Positions 9,717 to 19,167 of a stretch of 64,000 nucleotides of DNA are shown piece by piece. Origin of the DNA: a bacterium (GTDB lineage Bacteria; Synergistota; GBS-1); NCBI GenBank assembly GCA_030153785.1, contig JASKLF010000007.1:31899-95898 (forward strand), given 5' to 3'. Made by a program: the position numbers and the translations under genes. Position 1 is the stretch's first letter, and each line of letters begins with the position of its first letter. Under the pieces are notes generated by a model that was given only the letters and a program-made list of their open reading frames with translations, did not search any database and was not told the DNA's origin.

Positions 9717-11171
9717 TCACTTCTTGGGATTACCCAGAGGCTTAACCCAGCTTGCAAGCTTATTGTTAAGGGCATAGATTATTATGAAAGCGATGGCCCA
9801 CTGAAGCAGCATAGTTCCAACTGTATAGGTATACTTGCTTACAGGGAATACCTTATACCATTCTCCAGGATACCAAGTTATCGCCTGATATATCCACCAT
9901 CCAACTATTATGAAGAACCAAACTGGGAACAGGTATATGAGTTTAAAAAGCCAAGGAGCATCGATATCAGAAACTGGGCGAATGTATTTCTCGTAAATCT
10001 CATTTACTCCCTTCTTCACGGCACCATACCAGAAGAACATTCCGCTTAAAAGTAATCCTACACCCCAGACCCAATCCTGGTTTTCAAGGATATATGCCTT
10101 GTAAGAAGAGGGTAAACCAAGAAGGGTAGTAACAACTCCAACGGCAAGTGCCGCCTTGGTGCGAGTCCAACCAGCATCTATTAAAACTCTTGTAGCAAGC
10201 TCAAGCATGGAAAGGAGAGAAGACAAAGCCGCGAATATCAACGCTAAGAAGAAGATAATAGCAACCACGGTTCCACCCGTCATTTGGGTAAACAGGTTTG
10301 TAAGATGGATAAAAGCAAGTCCGGTGTTCCCAGAACCTACCGCTTTCATCGGATCAGGGTGAAGAGCAAATATGGTGGGAATAATCGCCAAGGCTGCCAA
10401 AAGAGCGGCAGCAGTATCAGCAAAACAGGTTAAAGTACAGTTTAAAGCGATATCCTCATCATCCCTCGCATAAACGTAGTAAGTCAGAAGCAGGGCCCAG
10501 CCCGCTCCTGTAGACCAAGCCGCCTGCGTGAAAGCTTCAAGCCAAGTTTTACCCATTAAAAGCCTGTCCATATGAGGAGTAAACAAAAACTCAAGCCCCT
10601 TGGAAGCCCCTGGCAAAGTAACAGCCCTAACCATAAGTATAACCAGCATAACGAATAAAGAAGGGATCATTATTTTGTTAGCGAATTCAAGCCCCCTATT
10701 AACTCCCGCGAGAATTATTATGGTAGCAATGATCATAGATATAATATGGAACGTCATCATTTGAGAGGAAGAATTTACAAAGTTATTCCATAAAGACTCC
10801 GTATTAACCCCCGGCCTTATAACTCCGTTTAAAGCATACACAAAGTATCTAACACAATACCCCATAACCACAGCATAGTAGCAAGCAATAGCATAGGAAA
10901 TCCACCCAACAAGACCACCCATCCAAGTATACTTTTCTCCTAAAAACTCCTTGAAGGACCCAATGACTCCCCTTCTTGTAGCCTTTCCCCAAACCGCCTC
11001 AGCCATAAGAAGAGGTATTGCCCAGAGGATGAAGGCTATGATATAAACCAGAACGAAAGAACCCCCACCGTTTGCAGCGCTTATTCTGGGGAAACGCCAA
11101 ATATTACCGGTCCCCACAGCCATCCCTATGGCTGACACAATGAGACCAAACCTACTACCCCATCTTTCCAT
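9717..11171 (-). CDS. Sodium-dependent amino-acid transporter (NSS/SNF family)
   Basis: ERWGSR..GMAVGTGNIWRFP..NGGGSF; start ATG 11171 after AAGGAGG. Confidence 0.92.
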   Translation of the reverse strand: MERWGSRFGLIVSAIGMAVGTGNIWRFPRISAANGGGSFVLVYIIAFILWAIPLLMAEAVWGKATRRGVIGSFKEFLGEKYTWMGGLVGWISYAIACYYAVVMGYCVRYFVYALNGVIRPGVNTESLWNNFVNSSSQMMTFHIISMIIATIIILAGVNRGLEFANKIMIPSLFVMLVILMVRAVTLPGASKGLEFLFTPHMDRLLMGKTWLEAFTQAAWSTGAGWALLLTYYVYARDDEDIALNCTLTCFADTAAALLAALAIIPTIFALHPDPMKAVGSGNTGLAFIHLTNLFTQMTGGTVVAIIFFLALIFAALSSLLSMLELATRVLIDAGWTRTKAALAVGVVTTLLGLPSSYKAYILENQDWVWGVGLLLSGMFFWYGAVKKGVNEIYEKYIRPVSDIDAPWLFKLIYLFPVWFFIIVGWWIYQAITWYPGEWYKVFPVSKYTYTVGTMLLQWAIAFIIIYALNNKLASWVKPLGNPKK

Positions 11172-11268
11172 GATGTTACCTCCTTTCCCTTGGGTTTCCA
11201 CAAAGGACTCCCATAGACTCACAGCCTTAGCTTACAGCTACCACCCCCTTTCGAGAGAGAGGAAAGAT

Positions 11269-12411
11269 TTAAACCACTGCAGGCTCCCTTATAAGTTCCC
11301 CTCTTTGAAATCTTCTATAGCTGAGCATATCAATGGGGATTGAAGTCTCTCCGCTCAAAATAAGCTCTGCCATGAGCTTTCCCGTTATAGGACCGAACAT
11401 AAAACCGTGACCGCTAAAGCCCGCTGAAATATAAAAACCTTCAACCTCCTCAACCCTGCCCAAGATTGGCTGAGCGTCAGGAGACATCTCATAGGAACCA
11501 GCCCACTGTCTAACGACCCTTAAACCGCTCAAGCGGGGTAAAAGCCTTACGAACTTTCTTGCCATACCTTCGAGAAATTCCCACGTAGAGTTAAGAGCAT
11601 GGGACTTAAGGTGTTCTTCCGGTCCGTAGCCCATGATGAAGCTACCGTGTGGTCTTTGCTGAATATAAAAGTTACCAGAAAATGACATCAACATAGGCTT
11701 TGAAACCCTCTCTATGGGCTCGGTAACAAGTATCTCGTGTCGCTCAGGATATATGGGAATGTCCACTCCAGCAAAAGCTGCAACTTCCCTCGCATAGGGA
11801 CCCGCACAGTTTACAACCACACCCGTCGATATAAATCCTCGATTAGTTCTAACCCCCCTAACTTTACCATTATTCACATCTATGCCAACAGCCTCGGTAA
11901 AACTGTAAATCTCAACACCGAGCCTTTTTGCAGCCTCGGCATAAGCGAAAGTAGTTAAAAGAGGGTCAGCATGTCCATCTCTATGGTGGTAGGTAAATCC
12001 AACCGCCCCCTCGGTATTTAAAAGGGGACAAAGCTCCTTCGCCTCATCAGCTGAAATGACCCTCGACTTTATACCAAGGCTATTCTGAAGAGCCACGTTT
12101 CTTTTAAGCTGTTCAAACTCGCTTTCCCTGTAAGCTATCATGAGGTAACCGCCTTGATGCAAACCTATATCGGCTCCAAGCTCTTCTGAAAGGTTTTCAA
12201 ATATCTCTATAGAAGCTATACCCAAGCGACAGTTCATCTCCGTCCCCCACTGCGCTCTTATTCCTGCAGCGCACCTACCGGTAGAACCGCTTGCTATAGT
12301 ATTCTTCTCAAGAACGACAACATCCCTACACCCCATTTTCGCAAGGTTATAGGCAACAGCGCACCCCTGAATACCGCCACCGATGATCACTACCTCAGCC
12401 GATCTCTTCAT
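11269..12411 (-). CDS. FAD-dependent dehydrogenase beta subunit (dye-linked proline/hydroxyproline dehydrogenase, sarcosine oxidase-beta family)
   Basis: GGGIQG FAD motif, GSTGRCAAGIR, RQWAG, GFSGHGFM. Confidence 0.8.
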   Translation of the reverse strand: MKRSAEVVIIGGGIQGCAVAYNLAKMGCRDVVVLEKNTIASGSTGRCAAGIRAQWGTEMNCRLGIASIEIFENLSEELGADIGLHQGGYLMIAYRESEFEQLKRNVALQNSLGIKSRVISADEAKELCPLLNTEGAVGFTYHHRDGHADPLLTTFAYAEAAKRLGVEIYSFTEAVGIDVNNGKVRGVRTNRGFISTGVVVNCAGPYAREVAAFAGVDIPIYPERHEILVTEPIERVSKPMLMSFSGNFYIQQRPHGSFIMGYGPEEHLKSHALNSTWEFLEGMARKFVRLLPRLSGLRVVRQWAGSYEMSPDAQPILGRVEEVEGFYISAGFSGHGFMFGPITGKLMAELILSGETSIPIDMLSYRRFQRGELIREPAVV

Positions 12412-12413
12412 CC

Positions 12414-12692
12414 TTAATCATCCTCACTTTCAGCAAGAACACCAAGCTTAATAGGTTTAATGGGAGGTCTAAAGGTAGGCATAGGGATTTCCTCCACCCT
12501 TTTACCTGTCAGGCGAGCTATTTCTCTTATTATCAGGTCTCTGCAAGTTCTACCTTGACAAGGCCCCATACCAGCGCGAGTAATCCTCTTTATCTCATCC
12601 ACAGTGGTATAACCCCTTTTTATCAATTCCCTTATCTCTTCAAGGGTAACATCTTCACACCTGCAAATTATTACATCCTTTTCTTTATTCAT
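12414..12692 (-). CDS. BFD-like [2Fe-2S] subunit (PdhX-like)
   Basis: ICRCEDVT...RAGMGPCQGRTC...RPP. Confidence 0.8.
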   Translation of the reverse strand: MNKEKDVIICRCEDVTLEEIRELIKRGYTTVDEIKRITRAGMGPCQGRTCRDLIIREIARLTGKRVEEIPMPTFRPPIKPIKLGVLAESEDD

Positions 12693-13179
12693 CCTTCCTC
12701 ACCACCCTCACATGCCTTACTTCCATCGCGAACTCCTTAGGAACAACGACAGAGACCACCTTCGTTCCATCCTTAAAAGGCTCAAAAACATGGATTACCT
12801 TTCCCTCACACACTACAACTCCTTCCCGGTTCAAACATTCAACAATCTCGTCTTTATTGGGAAGAGGGCGAAACTCATAAGGAATCTTGACTATAGCCTC
12901 CTTATCCGAATAGGTCATGTCCACAACGAAAACAGCCAAACCCGGACATTTAGCAACACACAAGGCACATCCGGTACACTTGCTCCAATCCACCTTGGGA
13001 AGGTCATTTATGTCCTCAAACTCCAGTATCGCCCCTGTGGGACATGCCGTATGACAGGGGTCACACGGAATCCTTTGGAAACACTCCACTATTACAACGG
13101 GCTTTGAATTTAAAATCTCCTGAGGAGGTGTTACCCCCCTTATCTGTTCACGGGTAGGAACACCTGTCCTTTCAAGCAT
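12685..13179 (-). CDS. 2x[4Fe-4S] ferredoxin subunit (PdhF-like)
   Basis: ECFQRIPCDPCHTACP and CTGCALCVAKCP; start ATG 13179 after GGAGG. Confidence 0.8.
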   Translation of the reverse strand: MLERTGVPTREQIRGVTPPQEILNSKPVVIVECFQRIPCDPCHTACPTGAILEFEDINDLPKVDWSKCTGCALCVAKCPGLAVFVVDMTYSDKEAIVKIPYEFRPLPNKDEIVECLNREGVVVCEGKVIHVFEPFKDGTKVVSVVVPKEFAMEVRHVRVVRKDE

Positions 13180-14278
13180 GCCTATACGCCTCCCCCACAA
13201 TAGCTTTAGGAAGCCCCTGCCTTATCTTTTCCGTTACCGGTCCTTTTCTCAAGCTATCAAGCTGTTCCCAGAAAGCATTAAATTTCTCTTCAAAATCGGG
13301 TATATCATACCCCAAGCTTTTAGCTGCACAAAGCCCTGCTATTTTACCCTCTATCATCGCCGTAGAAGCCTCTTCTATCGCAGCAGCGTCGCCAGCCACA
13401 TAAAAATCGGGATGAGAAGTTCTCATTTCCCTATCTCTTACGGGAACGTAACCACCAAGCTCGGGAATATATCTCATCTCACATCCTGCCTGCCATAAAA
13501 GCTCGATCAAAGGAGATAGGCCAACCGCAAGACAAATAAGGTCAGCCTCTATATGTTTTTCGGTGCCCTCTACTGGTTCCCATCTCTCATTTACCTGAAC
13601 AATGGTTGCTCCTTCTACATATTCCTTCCCGTGTATCTCCTTTATTGTATGAGAGGTATATATAGGTATACCTATTCTTCTTATCTTCGAAGCATGAACC
13701 CAATAACCACCTATTTTAGGCATAGCCTCCACAACCGCTTGGACCTTAACCCCTGCCTGAGCAAGCTGATAACTCACTATAAGGCCAATATTTCCCGCTC
13801 CGACCATCAAGGCCCTCTCACCAGGCTTAACACCGTAGACATTCATCAGGGTCTGGACAGCTCCAGCACCATAAACACCGGGAAGGTCACAGTTTGGCAC
13901 AGGTATAGTTCTCTCATAGGCACCCGTTGCAACTATCGTTTTTTTAGGCTTTACCTTAAAGTACTTCTCTTCTCCCGTGAGAGCTCCAAAAACGCCGTCA
14001 TCGGCGTAGTAACCCGTAACCGTTGTATTCGTTATGGCCTCAAATCTATCCCCGGATTTTTCAAGCTCGCTAAGCAGGATTTCCGCTATCTTAAAGCCTC
14101 TTGTTCCCGCATATTCTTCCTTAGAACCAAAGAATTTATGGGTCTGCTTTATTAGCTGACCGCCAAGCTTAAGTCCATCATCTATCAAAAGAACCTTTGC
14201 CCCCGCCTTGACCGCCTCTATCGCCGCGCTTAATCCCGCCGGGCCACCGCCCACAATCAATATTTCCGTTTCCTTCAA
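13172..14278 (-). CDS. FAD/NAD(P)-binding oxidoreductase (PdhA-like, C-terminal part of the alpha subunit)
   Basis: GGGPAG, LGGQLIKQTHKFFG, ATGA, GAGNIG, AGD. Confidence 0.8.
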   Translation of the reverse strand: MKETEILIVGGGPAGLSAAIEAVKAGAKVLLIDDGLKLGGQLIKQTHKFFGSKEEYAGTRGFKIAEILLSELEKSGDRFEAITNTTVTGYYADDGVFGALTGEEKYFKVKPKKTIVATGAYERTIPVPNCDLPGVYGAGAVQTLMNVYGVKPGERALMVGAGNIGLIVSYQLAQAGVKVQAVVEAMPKIGGYWVHASKIRRIGIPIYTSHTIKEIHGKEYVEGATIVQVNERWEPVEGTEKHIEADLICLAVGLSPLIELLWQAGCEMRYIPELGGYVPVRDREMRTSHPDFYVAGDAAAIEEASTAMIEGKIAGLCAAKSLGYDIPDFEEKFNAFWEQLDSLRKGPVTEKIRQGLPKAIVGEAYRHA

Positions 14279-14586
14279 CGTATCTCACCCTTTCCCATCT
14301 GAGTCTGAACTCTCATCCCTTCCCTAAGAGGTGTGATACAAACTCTAACATTAGGGACTCCATTTACGATCATGAAGCAAGAGGAACATTTGCCAACGGC
14401 ACAGAAAAATCCCCGCGGTCTGCCCAACCCTATGCTCCTTCGGTAAACCTTGATGCCATTCGCATGAAGAGCTGCAGCTATAGGTTCTCCTTCATATCCC
14501 TCATACTCTTTACCATCCACATAAAACTTAACTTTCCTGCCATGCTTAAAACTTAGAATAGGGTGTTCCTTTATCCATCCCCCCAT
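14275..14586 (-). CDS. [2Fe-2S] subunit (PdhA N-terminal / HcnA-like)
   Basis: RPRGFFCAVGKCSSC...NVRVC. Confidence 0.8.
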   Translation of the reverse strand: MGGWIKEHPILSFKHGRKVKFYVDGKEYEGYEGEPIAAALHANGIKVYRRSIGLGRPRGFFCAVGKCSSCFMIVNGVPNVRVCITPLREGMRVQTQMGKGEIR

Positions 14587-14620
14587 AAAACCACCCCTTT
14601 AAGCAATCTATTTAAAATGT

Positions 14621-14648
14621 TAGTGGGAGGGATTTCTCCCTCCCACTA
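14621..14648 (-). terminator. Terminator/attenuator-like hairpin in the leader of the dehydrogenase operon
   Basis: Perfect 12-bp stem TAGTGGGAGGGA-GAAA-TCCCTCCCACTA followed by ACATTTT on the minus strand, 34 nt before the first start codon. Confidence 0.6.
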
Positions 14649-14663
14649 TGAACTTTCTCGATA

Positions 14664-14756
14664 TTACACTTTTTCACAAGAAAATGGTAAAGATGGCATA
14701 GCTGGCATGTCAGGGTAAGAATAGATTAAAGCTAAACCTAACGAAAGAGACAGCAT
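14664..14756 (-). CDS. Putative Pro-rich leader peptide (30 aa)
   Basis: MLSLSLGLALIYSYPDMPAMPSLPFSCEKV; GGAGG SD 8 nt upstream; lies between the promoter and the hairpin. Confidence 0.4.
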   Translation of the reverse strand: MLSLSLGLALIYSYPDMPAMPSLPFSCEKV

Positions 14757-14814
14757 TCCCATCTCCTCCAAGAAAATCAATGGCTCTCTAAAATAACATC
14801 CCTCCCTGAAGTTA

Positions 14815-14843
14815 AGTTTATATCAACAAATTATCCTTGTCAA
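14815..14843 (-). promoter_or_regulatory. sigma70-type promoter of the dehydrogenase-NSS operon
   Basis: TTGACA-N17-TAAACT on the minus strand; predicted TSS near 14808. Confidence 0.65.
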
Positions 14844-14977
14844 GCACTTTAACAAATTTGTAAAAATTAATGATTAAAAGCAAAAGCTTATCCTAAAGTC
14901 ATTTAAAAAAATTTATTTACTTCATTCCATACGCCTTTCAAATCTGCTATAATTTTTCTAATGGAGGTGATATCAGA

Positions 14978-15550
14978 ATGGATGTAAAAAAGGCTATTGA
15001 AGAAAGGAGAGCCTATAGGTCACTCGATAAGGTAGAGATATCCTTAGAAACTTTGGCCGATTTAGCCAAATGCGCGTCTCTTGCTCCTTCCTGTTTCAAC
15101 AATCAACCTTGGAGATTCGTTTTTGTAACTAAAGAAGAAAATCTTCTGGCAATGAGAGAAGCCCTATCCAAAGGAAACGAATGGGCTTATGATGCCTCAG
15201 CCTTTATAGCTGTCTGTAGCAAGCCCGACCTCGATTGCAACCTTAAAGATGGGAGGCAATATTATGCCTTCGATGTAGGCATGTCAGTAGGGCTCCTTAT
15301 GCTCAGAGCAACGGAACTTGGCTTGGTAGCCCATCCCATTGCAGGATATTCGCCAGAGAAGGTAAAAGAAATTCTTAACATACCACCAGAATACGAAGTT
15401 ATAACTCTTATAATACTTGGGAAACACTCCAGCGAAATAAAACCATCTTTGACAGAGAAACAGGTCCTGGCAGAAAAGGAAAGGCCCGCTCGCTTACCTA
15501 TGGAAGAATTTGCCTTCTTAGATAGCTTTGGAACTCCCTTTAAAAAATGA
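14978..15550 (+). CDS. Nitroreductase family protein
   Basis: RRAYR, APSCFNNQPWRF, ATELGL. Confidence 0.9.
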   Translation: MDVKKAIEERRAYRSLDKVEISLETLADLAKCASLAPSCFNNQPWRFVFVTKEENLLAMREALSKGNEWAYDASAFIAVCSKPDLDCNLKDGRQYYAFDVGMSVGLLMLRATELGLVAHPIAGYSPEKVKEILNIPPEYEVITLIILGKHSSEIKPSLTEKQVLAEKERPARLPMEEFAFLDSFGTPFKK

Positions 15551-17619
15551 AGCACAATAACCACATAACCCAAGAAGCAAAAACATACCTACATGAACAT
15601 CACAGACGGGATATGGAACTTCATGAAAAACATTCGAAGGAGGAAAACACACATACCCACCATAAACACTCCCACGAAGAACACCATAAAATGATGATGG
15701 AAGATTTTAAGAAAAGACTAATAGTATCAGCTATTCTAACCGTCCCAATCCTCCTTTTGTCCCCCCTTATCCAACGACTTTTTAATTTTACTTTTGCTTT
15801 TCGGGGAGACAAATATCTACTTTTTGCCCTTTCAGCCAGCGTATACTTCTATGGTGGATGGCCTTTTCTTAACGGATTGGTAAAGGAATTTAAAAGGAAA
15901 AACCCTGGAATGATGACATTGATAGCTCTTGCGATAACCACGGCCTTCTTTTATAGCACAGCAGTTACCTTTGGGCTAACCGGTAAAACTTTTTACTGGG
16001 AATTAGCGACGCTTATCGATATAATGCTTCTCGGTCATTATATAGAAATGCGCTCCCTCCTTGGTGCATCAAGAGCGTTAGAAGAGCTTATAAAACTCAT
16101 GCCTACAGAAGCACATCTCATAACACCAGAGGGAATTAAAGATATCCCTGTCAGCGAACTAAAAAAGGGAGACATCGTGCTTGTTAAACCGGGTGAGAAA
16201 ATGCCCTCCGATGGCACAATAATTGAGGGAGAAACCAGTATAAATGAAGCCATGTTAACAGGGGAATCCAAACCGATTTACAAAAAACCAGGTGATAAAG
16301 TTATAGGTGGCTCAATAAACCTTGAGGGAGCAATCAAGGTAAGAATAGAAAAAACAGGTAAAGAAACATATCTAATGCAAGTAATAGAACTGGTTAAACA
16401 GGCCCAGGAAACGAAGTCAAAAACGCAGAACTTAGCAAACAGGGCCGCATTCTGGCTAACCTTAATCGCGATTGGTGTTGGCGCTCTAACGCTTGGAACA
16501 TGGCTGTCCTTTGGGAAAACCTTTGTTTTCGCTCTTGAAAGAATGGTCACTGTAATGGTAATCACATGCCCTCATGCACTTGGTTTAGCCGTTCCTCTCG
16601 TCGTAGCAGTATCAACTGCCATTTCCGCAAAGAAGGGAATACTAATAAGAAATAGAGAAGCCTTTGAAAAGGCAAAAGACCTTCAAGTTATAGTATTCGA
16701 TAAAACTGGAACCCTTACGGAGGGCAAATTCGAAGTAAGCGACATAATACCCCTTGCTGACCTAAGCGAAAAAGAAATTTTAAAATACGCCGCAAGCTTA
16801 GAAAGCAAATCTACCCATCCAATAGCCCAAGGGATAGTCGAAAAAGCCAAAGAAAGAGGCATCGAACTCCTCGAAATAGGGGAATCCAAAATCCTACCCG
16901 GCAAAGGCATTCAAGGAGCGCTTGAGGGAAAAGAAATTTTGCTTGTAAGTCCTGTTTTTCTTAAAGAAAACGATATTAACTTAGAAAACGAACGTGTTGA
17001 TAAAGTTCTTCAGGAAGGGAAAACCGCCGTCTTCTTGGTAATAGACAAGAAACCCATCGGTATGATAGCATTAGTAGACAGAATAAGATCTGAATCTAAA
17101 GAGGCTATAAAGAAGTTACAGGACATGGGGATTAAAACATATATGCTTACGGGAGACAACGCAAGAGTGGCAAAATGGGTGGCTGACGAACTAAAGCTCG
17201 ATGGCTTTTTCGCAGAAGTGCTTCCACATGAAAAAGCCGAAAAAATTCAACAGCTTCAAAAAGAAGGCTTTACGGTGGCAATGGTAGGAGATGGAATAAA
17301 TGATGCACCAGCATTGATACAAGCAGATGTAGGCATTGCCATAGGCGCAGGAACAGATGTCGCCATAGAAAGCGCAGATATCGTGCTTGTTAAAAACGAT
17401 CCAAGAGATGTTATTATGGCAATAGATTTAGCAAAAGCAACTTACAAAAAAATGGTACAAAACCTTGCCTGGGCAACAGGATACAATGCGTTCGCAATTC
17501 CATTGGCAGCGGGAACCTTTTACTCCTATGGTATATTGCTAAGCCCCGCAATAGGTGCTATTCTGATGAGCTTAAGCACCGTGATAGTAGCAATAAATGC
17601 GAAACTGCTTAAGGCCTGA
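15547..17619 (+). CDS. copB: Copper-translocating P1B-3 ATPase
   Basis: His-rich N-terminus, TGES, CPH, DKTGT, GDGIND, YN and MSLST motifs. Confidence 0.92.
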   Translation: MKHNNHITQEAKTYLHEHHRRDMELHEKHSKEENTHTHHKHSHEEHHKMMMEDFKKRLIVSAILTVPILLLSPLIQRLFNFTFAFRGDKYLLFALSASVYFYGGWPFLNGLVKEFKRKNPGMMTLIALAITTAFFYSTAVTFGLTGKTFYWELATLIDIMLLGHYIEMRSLLGASRALEELIKLMPTEAHLITPEGIKDIPVSELKKGDIVLVKPGEKMPSDGTIIEGETSINEAMLTGESKPIYKKPGDKVIGGSINLEGAIKVRIEKTGKETYLMQVIELVKQAQETKSKTQNLANRAAFWLTLIAIGVGALTLGTWLSFGKTFVFALERMVTVMVITCPHALGLAVPLVVAVSTAISAKKGILIRNREAFEKAKDLQVIVFDKTGTLTEGKFEVSDIIPLADLSEKEILKYAASLESKSTHPIAQGIVEKAKERGIELLEIGESKILPGKGIQGALEGKEILLVSPVFLKENDINLENERVDKVLQEGKTAVFLVIDKKPIGMIALVDRIRSESKEAIKKLQDMGIKTYMLTGDNARVAKWVADELKLDGFFAEVLPHEKAEKIQQLQKEGFTVAMVGDGINDAPALIQADVGIAIGAGTDVAIESADIVLVKNDPRDVIMAIDLAKATYKKMVQNLAWATGYNAFAIPLAAGTFYSYGILLSPAIGAILMSLSTVIVAINAKLLKA

Positions 17620-17631
17620 TATGAAAGGAGG

Positions 17632-17889
17632 GTGAACAAAATCTGCTGGTTTGATTGGGTAGGATCTGGATGGTTTAGATGGGGAGGATGGTTCGGTATG
17701 TTTATGATGATAATATTTTTAATCCTAATAGTAATGGGCATATTATGGTTTTTCAGGTTTGGGGAAATAGCAATCAGAAAAACCACCAAATCCAAGGCAT
17801 TAGAAACGTTAGCAGAAAGATATGCAAAAGGCGAAATAGATGACGAAGAGTATGAAAGAAGAAAGAAAAAAATCCTTGAAGATATATAA
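17632..17889 (+). CDS. SHOCT-domain small membrane protein
   Basis: G/W-rich N-terminus, TM helix, LAERYAKGEIDDEEYERRK. Confidence 0.8.
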   Translation: MNKICWFDWVGSGWFRWGGWFGMFMMIIFLILIVMGILWFFRFGEIAIRKTTKSKALETLAERYAKGEIDDEEYERRKKKILEDI

Positions 17890-18110
17890 AACATCCACAA
17901 CCTCTGGTGTGTTCTAAAAATCAATAATTCGCTTCTCCTCTTGGCGGTATGAGGACCATCGAACATGAAGAAAACAAGAAGAGCGAAGCTCCCGGAGTAC
18001 ACCCTGGCTTTGCTATCCTCTTTCTTGTGAGAAGACGTTTTTCAAGAAAAAGGTTATATCTCATCCCTTGAAAAAAAGAGAACCTTTTTTCGAACACCCT
18101 CCACAACCTC

Positions 18111-18139
18111 TTGACTTGTGCGGAAACAGGGTATAAAAT
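18111..18139 (+). promoter_or_regulatory. Promoter of tRNA-Pro
   Basis: TTGACT-N17-TAAAAT, 13 nt upstream of the tRNA. Confidence 0.7.
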
Positions 18140-18152
18140 TTAAGAGTGAGGT

Positions 18153-18231
18153 CGGGGCGTGGCGCAGCCTGGTTTAGCGCACCTGCATGGGGCGCAGGGG
18201 GTCGGAGGTTCAAATCCTCTCGTCCCGACCA
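18153..18231 (+). tRNA. tRNA-Pro (anticodon GGG)
   Basis: Cloverleaf: acceptor CGGGGCG/CGTCCCG, anticodon arm CCTGC-ATGGGGC-GCAGG, T-loop TTCAAAT, encoded CCA. Confidence 0.97.
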
Positions 18232-18246
18232 TTCAATTTAAAAACG

Positions 18247-18272
18247 AAAGGCCGGTTTAACCGGTCTTTTTT
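18247..18272 (+). terminator. Intrinsic terminator after tRNA-Pro
   Basis: AAAGGCCGGTTTAACCGGTCTTTTTT hairpin with U-tract. Confidence 0.7.
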
Positions 18273-18285
18273 ATTTAGGAGAGCC

Positions 18286-19167
18286 ATGAGATATTTAACC
18301 CTGAAGCAAATGAAAGCTTTAGCTCACAAAGTTAAATTCAGATTCAGCAAGTCTAAAGGACAAAGCTTCCTTTATGACCCCCAGCTTCTTGACAAAATAT
18401 GTAGGACAGCCAACCTCAGCAAAAATTCCTTCGTATTGGAAATAGGCTCAGGAATGGGAAACCTCTCTCTTCTGCTATCTCAATACGCTGCAAAAGTCGT
18501 CGGCGTTGAGGTAGATGAAAAGCTCTGTAAAGTTTTAGATGAAGTGCTGTGGAATCAACCAAACTTTTTCCTTATAGAAGGTGACATCCTCAAGGTAGAT
18601 TTGTCCTTTTTAGAAAGGGAAAAGAAAAAATACGAAGTCAAAGTGGTGGCAAATCTCCCTTATCGAATTGCAACGGAAATAATACTCTACCTTCTTGAAA
18701 AAGGCCAGGGACTTATTGACGAGCTATACCTTATGCTCCAAAAAGAGGTAGCTGAAAGAATTGCTTCTCCACCAAGGAGAAAAACCCGAGGAGCCTTAAG
18801 CGTAATAGTTCAATATTATGCGGACGTTCAGATTCTCTTCGATGTTCCCCCACGAGTTTTCTATCCTCAACCCAAGGTAACATCTTCCTTTCTAAAACTC
18901 CTTCCTTACAAGAGCCCGCGTGAAAAATGGAAAGTTGAAGATGAAGATTTGTTTTTCAGGATAGTTAAAGAAGGTTTTAAAAGAAAAAGAAAAACTCTGT
19001 TAAACAATCTTAAAGGCCTATTTGATGAAGAGGCGATAAAAGAAGCACTGAAAGAGCTTTCCCTCCCTGAAACGGTTAGAGCCGAGGAGTTATCGTTAGA
19101 AGAATGGGCCATACTTTCAAATAAACTAAAACGGGGTGGTGAGGAAAATGAGCGGCCCCAGGTATAA
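18286..19167 (+). CDS. rsmA: 16S rRNA m6,2A1518/1519 dimethyltransferase
   Basis: GQSFL, LEIGSGMG, ANLPY, QKEVAER, P.PKVTS, RAEELS. True start is ATG 18286; the ORF-track start lies inside the tRNA. Confidence 0.93.
   Translation: MRYLTLKQMKALAHKVKFRFSKSKGQSFLYDPQLLDKICRTANLSKNSFVLEIGSGMGNLSLLLSQYAAKVVGVEVDEKLCKVLDEVLWNQPNFFLIEGDILKVDLSFLEREKKKYEVKVVANLPYRIATEIILYLLEKGQGLIDELYLMLQKEVAERIASPPRRKTRGALSVIVQYYADVQILFDVPPRVFYPQPKVTSSFLKLLPYKSPREKWKVEDEDLFFRIVKEGFKRKRKTLLNNLKGLFDEEAIKEALKELSLPETVRAEELSLEEWAILSNKLKRGGEENERPQV

Noticed and set aside
11172..11268. Possible riboswitch upstream of the NSS transporter
   Set aside because: Only short imperfect hairpins; no glycine, lysine, SAM or T-box consensus recognised.
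13172..14586. Frameshift or recoding splitting the dehydrogenase alpha subunit
   Set aside because: The second gene has its own SD and an overlapping TTGA start/stop; a natural two-gene arrangement is the simpler reading.
14615..14808. 6S RNA, T-box, glycine or fluoride riboswitch as the identity of the pdh leader
   Set aside because: End-to-end pairing is only 9 bp and the conserved cores of these families are absent; kept as an unclassified leader.
17894..18111. 12-bp direct repeat TCCACAACCTCT (17894 and 18100) flanking a 40-codon ORF ending ...PGFAILFLVRRR...
   Set aside because: Only two copies, no terminal inverted repeats or transposase, weak SD, and the hydrophobic stretch is too short for a sorting signal; cannot be supported as an element or gene.
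18153..18231. tRNA-Pro lying amid proline-catabolic genes, or acting as an integration site
   Set aside because: No integrase and no duplicated tRNA 3' end seen; it has its own promoter and terminator, so the position is probably coincidental.
18187..18285. N-terminal extension of the rsmA ORF in the track
   Set aside because: It overlaps tRNA-Pro and its terminator; the SD-supported start is 18286.
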